Positions 52,018 through 58,194 of a stretch of DNA of 58,194 bases are shown one piece after another. The stretch's first letter is position 1, and every line of letters begins with the position of its first letter. This DNA is from Candidatus Nomurabacteria bacterium (lineage in GTDB: Bacteria; Patescibacteriota; Minisyncoccia; Phycocordibacterales; UBA9973). Made by a program: the position numbers and the translations under genes. The notes under the pieces are model-generated. The model ran no database searches, was not told where the DNA came from, and worked only from the letters and a program-made list of their open reading frames with translations. Where the stretch lies: positions 1 to 58,194 of the forward strand of contig JANYAX010000001.1 of the NCBI GenBank assembly GCA_025361085.1. The letters are read 5' to 3'.

Positions 52018-52752
52018 TTATATTAAATTTAATGATTTTAAAAATTCATCGAGTTCTTTACCTTTGATTTCCCTGAATTCTCCTAAACCAAGTTTACCAA
52101 GTTCTACGTTCATTATGCGTATTCGTTTTAGGTCTATAACTTCGTGGTGTAGAGCTTCACACATTCGTCTTATTTGGCGCTTTTTGCCTTCTGTAAGTAT
52201 TATATGGAAAGTATCTTTTGGTTTCGGTTTGCGCCCGCCTTGACTCGGCGAGGCAGGCCAAACTTTACATTTTTTACTTATGAATCCATCAAAGTGAACG
52301 CCACTCCCCATGAGAGTTATGAAAGTATCTGAGAAAGGTTTATCGACTCGAACGACGTATTCTTTTTCGTGTACAAAGCGTGGAGATAGGAGACGGTCAG
52401 TCACACGACCATCATTTGTCATAATTATAAGTCCATGAGAATCTTTATCGAGTCGGCCGACAGGAAAGACTTTCACTGGGAATTTTGTTACATGTAAAAT
52501 ATCTTTACTTGTCGTATCAGGATTCGTGGAGACATTTATGTCTTTATTGTAGGCGTAATATACATATTCTTTTTTATCACCCTTCATTTTTACAATTACT
52601 TCATCGCCATCATTTACTTTATCTCCGAGAACTGCTTTCCGGCCATTGATAAAAACGAGACCTTTTTTGATAAGTTCATCTCCACCGACACGGGTAGAAT
52701 AATTCTTCAGAGCTAAATATTTATTTATTCGGACAGGGTAAATTATTATCAT
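52018..52752 (-). CDS. Pseudouridine synthase, RsuA/RluB family
   Basis: N-terminal S4-like RINKYLA and catalytic PVGRLDKDSHGLIIMTNDG; G+C-rich patch at 52231-52260 encodes ASPSQGGRKP. Confidence 0.85.
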   Translation of the reverse strand: MIIIYPVRINKYLALKNYSTRVGGDELIKKGLVFINGRKAVLGDKVNDGDEVIVKMKGDKKEYVYYAYNKDINVSTNPDTTSKDILHVTKFPVKVFPVGRLDKDSHGLIIMTNDGRVTDRLLSPRFVHEKEYVVRVDKPFSDTFITLMGSGVHFDGFISKKCKVWPASPSQGGRKPKPKDTFHIILTEGKKRQIRRMCEALHHEVIDLKRIRIMNVELGKLGLGEFREIKGKELDEFLKSLNLI

Positions 52753-53902
52753 TGTTGTGTTTTAATTGTGGAATATAATATAATCCAGACAATAATATTA
52801 TGCTTAATATAATAAAGAGAAACTTGAATGGTAAAAATATAAATATGATAGTACTGATGATTGGAGCAATAATATATGCAACTGGCATCATATCTCGAAA
52901 TACACTAAGTAGGTATGCTTCTTCTTCTTTAATATGTGAAAAGAAATAAATTTCTGAAGTTGTCTCGATTATACTTGCTCCGACACGAGTCATGAACAAG
53001 ACAACTCCCCAGACTAGAATATTTTTCGTTGTGATTCCTGATATTATAAATGTGAATATACTTATAATCAGGAATCCAAAATAAAGAAGTGTTCTTTTTT
53101 TGACATGATATTTATCAATAAGTATTCCGATCGGTAAACCAAGTATTACAAATGGTGCGAGCATTATTGTAAATATAATTCCAATCTGAGCCCAACCTAA
53201 ACCGATATGTTCATATAAATATATAGGTGTATAAACAACCATCCAAGCGTAAAAGAATTGCAAAATAAAATTTATTATTGTAATTGCCAGCATATGGTGA
53301 TTTGTTTTGAGGAATCTATATGTTTCTAAAAATGGTGTTTTTTTATAAGTCTTATCTTTGAAAGTTTTTACTGAGAAAACCAAGCCGATAGCCATTATCG
53401 CAACTGTTATAAATGCGAGTGTATAAATAGCTTTGTATCCGCCTTCTTTTGTTATTAAAAATGATGCTAAAAGGGGAGACATCATCCATGCGATATTTAT
53501 TATTGTTAGATAGAGTCCACGATTTTTGCCAACAGTTTTTTTATTACCAAAATGCTCGATAAATATATCAATACAGAAGAGTATCTGAGTGTTTGTCGAA
53601 ACGAAGGCAACAAATGAAGCCCCAACGATATAAGAGTTTGTCGACGTGATCATTCCCACGAGAGATAACATGTTTAATACTAGCAGTGTCAATGTTAACC
53701 GTTTGTTTCCAAAATATTTCAAGATATTTGCACTTTTAGACAGCAAAATTAGTGTAGTCAGAGAAGCCAAAGTAAAGAGTATACCTACATATTTTTCGGA
53801 TATTATGCCAGTTAGAAATGTCGAGTTTATATATGCCGATAAGGCGATATGAAGAGAAAAAAGAAACGACAATATGTACATTCGATTAATTTTTTTTGAC
53901 AT
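52721..53902 (-). CDS. MFS transporter
   Basis: 393 aa; about 12 hydrophobic helices in two halves. Confidence 0.75.
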   Translation of the reverse strand: MSKKINRMYILSFLFSLHIALSAYINSTFLTGIISEKYVGILFTLASLTTLILLSKSANILKYFGNKRLTLTLLVLNMLSLVGMITSTNSYIVGASFVAFVSTNTQILFCIDIFIEHFGNKKTVGKNRGLYLTIINIAWMMSPLLASFLITKEGGYKAIYTLAFITVAIMAIGLVFSVKTFKDKTYKKTPFLETYRFLKTNHHMLAITIINFILQFFYAWMVVYTPIYLYEHIGLGWAQIGIIFTIMLAPFVILGLPIGILIDKYHVKKRTLLYFGFLIISIFTFIISGITTKNILVWGVVLFMTRVGASIIETTSEIYFFSHIKEEEAYLLSVFRDMMPVAYIIAPIISTIIFIFLPFKFLFIILSIILLSGLYYIPQLKHNNDNNLPCPNK

Positions 53903-53912
53903 GATGTAATTA

Positions 53913-55919
53913 TTAAATACTTAATAATACCGGTATAACAATTGGTCGTTTTGCAGTTTTTTGGAAAAGAAACTTTGAAATATTATCTCCAAGAGAAGTT
54001 TTAATAGAATCGAAGTTTAGAGGGTTCATTCCTTTGATTTCATCTTCAACTGTTTTCTTAATGATCAAGCGGACTTGGTGAAGAAGTTCTTGATTCTCTT
54101 TGAGATAGATAAATCCACGAGAAATAATATCTGGTGATTTTCTTAGCCTGCCGGTTGTTGAATCGATCGTTGCGATTAAGACAAACATTCCGTCTTGCGC
54201 AAGCATCACTCTGTCGCGGATCACAACGTCTTGTTCGTCACCGATAGAGAATCCATCCACCATCATTGGACCCGACGGAGCTTTTTCTTTTCGAAGTATC
54301 ATTTTTTCTCCATTATTGACTATCTCTATTATTGATCCATTATCAGGAACGATAATATTTTCTTCAGACATGCCGAGTGACATAGCAACTTCTTTGTGTT
54401 TGACTAGCATCGAGTGCCAACCGTGAATTGGAATAAAGAATTTCGGATGAGTTTTTCTGTGAAGCCATTTAATATCTTCTTGGTTGCCGTGTCCTGTGGC
54501 GTGAATATATTCTTCGCTTGTTCTATAACTAATGATGCGAACGCCATGGCGAGATAAATTGTCTTTCAAATGTTGAACGGCGATTTCATTCCCAGGAACG
54601 ATTGAAGAAGAAAGGATGATCGTGTCTCCTCTACGAATCGTAAACTTTTTGTGTGTTTTATTTGCAGCACGTCCAAGTGCAGCAAACTCTTCACCTTGGG
54701 CTCCAGTCATCATGACAAGAACTTTATTTGGTGGGTATTTATCTACATCTTCAACTGGAATTATCGTTCCTTTTTTTGGCTTGAAAATCCCAGCTTGTTC
54801 ACAAATCTCCATATTGCTTTTTAGTGACCTCCCGTCAAGTACAACCTTTTTCCCTAGAGATTCAGCAATTTCTACTATTTTCATTAAACGGGTAATAGAA
54901 GAAGCAAAAGCAGAAATAATAATACGCCCTGTTCCTTGCCTTATGACTTTATCTAAACCTTCATGAACGCGTACTTCAGGTAATGAAAAACCCTCGTTTT
55001 CAATGTTTGTGGAATCAGTCATAAGAAGAAGAACTTTTTCTTTATCAAAAAAGGCGTATTCTTTTTCTTCTTCATCACTGACAACTCCGTCGATTTGATC
55101 AAGCTTGAAATCGCCAGGTGTTACGATTGACCCATATGGAGTCTCTATAACTATACCCATAGAATCGGGCATGGTGTGAGTAACTCCGAAGAATCGTATG
55201 CGAAGATTCCCAGCGTAGACAACTGAATTTGTTTCAATGATATGTGCATCAAGAGGAGGAAGATGAGGGAATTCTTCTTGACGCTTTTTCATCACAAGAA
55301 CAGAAAGATTTCTAGAATATAGTGGTGGATTGCCGATGCGACTCATGACAAGTGGAATACCACCTACGTGATCCAAGTGGCCGTGAGTTACAAGCATTGC
55401 TCGTATTTTGTCTTTTCTTTCTTCGAGATAGGTTGTATTTGGAATGATATAATCAATCCCCGGAGTATCTTCTGTTTTAAATTGCATTCCAGCATCGACG
55501 ATGATAATGTCGTTGTCGATTTCAATAGCCGTCATGTTCTTTCCTATTTCTTCTGCTCCACCGAGAGGAATTATCCTGATAACTCCTTTTTCTGGTGGGG
55601 GAATGGGGTTTGTTTTATTTTTTTGGATGGTTATTTTGTTTTGGATTCCTTGTGTTTCAGATCTTGTCCGGCTTCCTCCTCTTTTTATATTGCTATATTG
55701 ATAACTTCCGCGGCTTATTTTTTTATTTTGATTGGTTATTTGTGGTTTATCACTGGTGTAAGCAGCACTTTTAACAATCGGGGCTGTACCCGAAACCGAT
55801 TTTGTATTAGTTGGTAATTGTGTTTTGTGTAAAACACGGATATTGCCATGTTTACGGTAGCTAAATCTTTGACTGCTTTTTATTTTAGGGTTTTGGGTTT
55901 TTTTAGGTAATTCGTTCAT
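53913..55919 (-). CDS. rnj: Ribonuclease J with a basic N-terminal extension of about 110 aa
   Basis: Metallo-beta-lactamase motif VTHGHLDHVGG plus beta-CASP and C-terminal domains. Confidence 0.9.
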   Translation of the reverse strand: MNELPKKTQNPKIKSSQRFSYRKHGNIRVLHKTQLPTNTKSVSGTAPIVKSAAYTSDKPQITNQNKKISRGSYQYSNIKRGGSRTRSETQGIQNKITIQKNKTNPIPPPEKGVIRIIPLGGAEEIGKNMTAIEIDNDIIIVDAGMQFKTEDTPGIDYIIPNTTYLEERKDKIRAMLVTHGHLDHVGGIPLVMSRIGNPPLYSRNLSVLVMKKRQEEFPHLPPLDAHIIETNSVVYAGNLRIRFFGVTHTMPDSMGIVIETPYGSIVTPGDFKLDQIDGVVSDEEEKEYAFFDKEKVLLLMTDSTNIENEGFSLPEVRVHEGLDKVIRQGTGRIIISAFASSITRLMKIVEIAESLGKKVVLDGRSLKSNMEICEQAGIFKPKKGTIIPVEDVDKYPPNKVLVMMTGAQGEEFAALGRAANKTHKKFTIRRGDTIILSSSIVPGNEIAVQHLKDNLSRHGVRIISYRTSEEYIHATGHGNQEDIKWLHRKTHPKFFIPIHGWHSMLVKHKEVAMSLGMSEENIIVPDNGSIIEIVNNGEKMILRKEKAPSGPMMVDGFSIGDEQDVVIRDRVMLAQDGMFVLIATIDSTTGRLRKSPDIISRGFIYLKENQELLHQVRLIIKKTVEDEIKGMNPLNFDSIKTSLGDNISKFLFQKTAKRPIVIPVLLSI

Positions 55920-55922
55920 TTT

Positions 55923-57746
55923 TTATTTTTTATTATTGGTAAAAATTTTCCACACTTTATCTGTATCCGCAGACCATTTATATACAGTTCCAAATCGATC
56001 ACTAGGCACAGTTATATTTTCAATTGAAAAATTATTTAATCGTGGAGATGTTACATATAGATATAGAGGAGAATATATTAACAAAGCTGGAATATTGAGA
56101 TTGAATTCTTTTTCTAGCTCCTCATATTTACTTATACGGTCTTCTAATTTTAACATTTTTTGTATTGATTCTAATAGAGAATCTACTTTTTTGTCACTGT
56201 AAAGTCCGATATTTAATCCCGGATCAGTTCTTTGTGAAGAATGCCAGTATGAATATAGATCTGATTCATGGTTTATAACTTGTCCGAAGAAGAGAGCTTC
56301 GTATTCGCGAGTTCTTATTAATTGATTCAATTGGCCAGTTTCATAAACTTTACTTATATTTACTTCTGCCCCAATCTTTGCCAATTGTTCTTTTATGAGT
56401 TCAGTTGTTTGTTTTAATTCTGGTGTATCTCCAGTTATCAGTGAAAATGAAAGTCGGATAGAAGGAGTTGAACTTTTTTCTGTTTGCGTAACAGTCTTCT
56501 TCCCAACTTTTTTCGTTATCGTCTTTGAAGTTGTCCCTCCTTTTGTTCTAATTCCATCAGCTCCGAGTACCCAGCCAGCTTTATCAAGTATTTCATTGGC
56601 CTCAGCTATTGTGGAACTAGTAAATTTTTTGATGTCTTTGTCAGGAATTATTTTTTCAGGAATTGGATTTGAAACGATTGAACCATAACCTCCGAGAACT
56701 TGGTCGACGATTTCTTGCCTGTTAATAGCTTTATCAAAAGCTTCGACTACACTTTGGTCAGTGAAGATTTTGTTTTTACTGCTATTGAAAAAGATTCCGA
56801 AAATTCTTGGCAATGTTGATGTATTGATCGATAAATTGCTTTTCTTGATATTGGTCATATTTTCTGAACTAATACCACCAGCCTGATCAATCGTATGGTT
56901 GAGTAACGCTTTGACCAAATCTTTTTCATTTGAATAAGATATAATATTGAAATTTGAAATGCGTGGTTTACCAAGAGCAAAATTATTGAAACGCCCTAGC
57001 TTGTATTCTTCTGTTATTCCATCTTTGTTTTTTACAACTCTACTTATTTTATAAGGTCCTGAACCAACCGCTTTTGTATTAAGTGCAGATATATTGAATT
57101 CGTTTGAATTAACATTTTTCCATAAATTAGATGGAAGAATCCCAATGGTTGTGTTATCTAAGAAAGAAATATATGGTTGAACCAAAGTGAAAATAACAGT
57201 TTGGTCATCTTTCTTATTGACAGTTACTCCATCCCAACTTATTTTTCTTGGACTTTTTATAATTGGGTCTTTTATTTTTTCTATTGTGAAGACAACATCA
57301 TCGGCTGTAACTTTTGTTCCATTTTGGAATTTGGCATTTCTTTTTAAAATGAAAGTATATACAGTTCCGTCAGGAGATACAGAGTATGATTCTGCTAAGT
57401 CAGGAATGAAATCTCCTTCAGGAGTTTTTCTCATGAGACCAGAATAGACCATAGAAGTTAGATCTTTATCTGCGTCAGAAAGAGCAATGACAGGGTTTAT
57501 GAGTGTTGGTATACCGATTATCCCTTCTGTTACTGTACCTCCATTAAGGGGGACTTCAACTAAAAACATGGAGTTGATTTTCCCAAGGATAATAATCATT
57601 GAAACAAAAGCTACTAATACAATGCCAGTAAAAATCCAAAGCTGTTTCTTTGAAAAAGATGCTACTGCATCTAATAATTCTTTTTTATTATAAATATGAA
57701 ATTCTTTAATGAAGAGAATAAATTTATGCATAAAAGCACGCATCAA
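55923..57746 (-). CDS. Family-5 (Opp/Dpp-type) solute-binding protein, membrane anchored
   Basis: N-terminal TM, then LMRKTPEGDFIPDLAESYSVSPDGTVYTFILKRNAKFQNG, typical of SBP_bac_5; no adjacent permease or ATPase. Confidence 0.8.
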   Translation of the reverse strand: MMRAFMHKFILFIKEFHIYNKKELLDAVASFSKKQLWIFTGIVLVAFVSMIIILGKINSMFLVEVPLNGGTVTEGIIGIPTLINPVIALSDADKDLTSMVYSGLMRKTPEGDFIPDLAESYSVSPDGTVYTFILKRNAKFQNGTKVTADDVVFTIEKIKDPIIKSPRKISWDGVTVNKKDDQTVIFTLVQPYISFLDNTTIGILPSNLWKNVNSNEFNISALNTKAVGSGPYKISRVVKNKDGITEEYKLGRFNNFALGKPRISNFNIISYSNEKDLVKALLNHTIDQAGGISSENMTNIKKSNLSINTSTLPRIFGIFFNSSKNKIFTDQSVVEAFDKAINRQEIVDQVLGGYGSIVSNPIPEKIIPDKDIKKFTSSTIAEANEILDKAGWVLGADGIRTKGGTTSKTITKKVGKKTVTQTEKSSTPSIRLSFSLITGDTPELKQTTELIKEQLAKIGAEVNISKVYETGQLNQLIRTREYEALFFGQVINHESDLYSYWHSSQRTDPGLNIGLYSDKKVDSLLESIQKMLKLEDRISKYEELEKEFNLNIPALLIYSPLYLYVTSPRLNNFSIENITVPSDRFGTVYKWSADTDKVWKIFTNNKK

Positions 57747-57780
57747 ATATGGTTAGCCGAAAAGGCACTAAATACTGTAA

Positions 57781-58014
57781 TTATTTGATGAATATTGCTA
57801 CAAACGATGATATAGCGAATAAAATACTAACTACTATCGTTAGGATAAAAAGGAATTTCTCAAAACCACGGCGTGTATTATAAAGCCCACCTCCGTCGCC
57901 TCCGCCTAGAGCACCCCCGACACCAGCACTTGATTGCTGAAGCAAGATAGCACCTATTAAGATAATTGATAGAATAATCTGTATGTACGGTAGTATATTA
58001 GCAATAATCGTCAT
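57781..58014 (-). CDS. secG: Preprotein translocase subunit SecG
   Basis: 77 aa; two TMs separated by the Gly-rich loop LLQQSSAGVGGALGGGDGGG. Confidence 0.8.
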   Translation of the reverse strand: MTIIANILPYIQIILSIILIGAILLQQSSAGVGGALGGGDGGGLYNTRRGFEKFLFILTIVVSILFAISSFVAIFIK

Positions 58015-58194
58015 ATAATCTAGTATACTCTATTTGGGGTTGATATGCAACTACGAGTCTTGTCCAACGCACATTTACACCCAAATGAAAATGGATTCCA
58101 ACGTAAAAGGAGCCCAAAAGGGCTCCTAAAACAATGAATCAATGTATCATATCAATATATGACTATGGACATAATAGATGATCATTTAACAAGT

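Noticed and set aside
52721-52752. A 32-nt overlap between the MFS transporter 3' end and the pseudouridine synthase start, as a sign of frameshift or fusion
   Set aside because: Both ORFs are complete with family-typical termini, and short overlaps are common in compact genomes. An internal GTG start (52734) would shorten the overlap.
1-58194. Alternative genetic code (UGA sense, as in some CPR lineages)
   Set aside because: RF2 is present. TGA terminates well-supported genes (prfB at 2278-2280, purC at 10379-10381) at family-typical lengths.

Overview
AT-rich, tightly packed chromosomal window with about 60 protein genes and one tRNA. I see no rRNA, CRISPR, transposase, integrase, phage, restriction or toxin-antitoxin genes. 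Small proteins, many membrane-anchored hypotheticals, isolated steps of nucleotide pathways, a reduced T-box and two ECF sigma factors fit a small-genome Patescibacteria/CPR-like bacterium. The standard genetic code is in use: RF2 with SPF and GGQ motifs is present and TGA ends well-supported genes. Recognisable genes, left to right:
- cysteine-synthase-family enzyme, prfB, ftsEX, pyrG, LOG-family protein, tRNA-Gln and a NADAR-family gene.
- a small accessory block (two small membrane proteins, RidA, HAD phosphatase), purC, a glycosyltransferase with a cytidylyltransferase, an RGG/CxxC protein and an ABC-F ATPase.
- ECF sigma/anti-sigma pair 1, cupin, pyrD and a PduO-type adenosyltransferase.
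- ECF sigma/anti-sigma pair 2 with a MacAB-like efflux operon, and a CPBP protease.
- a compact thymidylate-cycle cluster (dCMP deaminase, P-loop kinase, folA, thyA, glyA, tmk, dut).
- argS, a T-box leader with ileS, NUDIX, recO, glyQS, M16 peptidase, AI-2E permease, metG, TatD and rpsF-ssb-rpsR.
- two secreted cell-surface proteins, a pseudouridine synthase, an MFS transporter, RNase J, an orphan family-5 solute-binding protein and secG.

Most notable observations:
1. Several families of short G+C-rich, often perfectly palindromic nucleotide repeats occur in intergenic DNA and also in frame inside conserved housekeeping genes (prfB, glyA, argS, ileS, metG, TatD). They are read in different frames and orientations, which resembles Rickettsia palindromic elements.
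2. IleRS carries a nested, apparently catalytically intact histidine-phosphatase (PGAM-like) domain of about 190 aa, inserted between the two halves of a cysteine knuckle.
3. A long-stem hairpin element of about 75 nt with a conserved core and compensatory stem changes sits, in sense orientation, in three intercistronic positions.
4. A 2.1-kb segment flanked by a 66-bp direct repeat displaced the original 3' end of the NADAR gene next to tRNA-Gln.

All family assignments are motif recognition from memory; no database search was possible.
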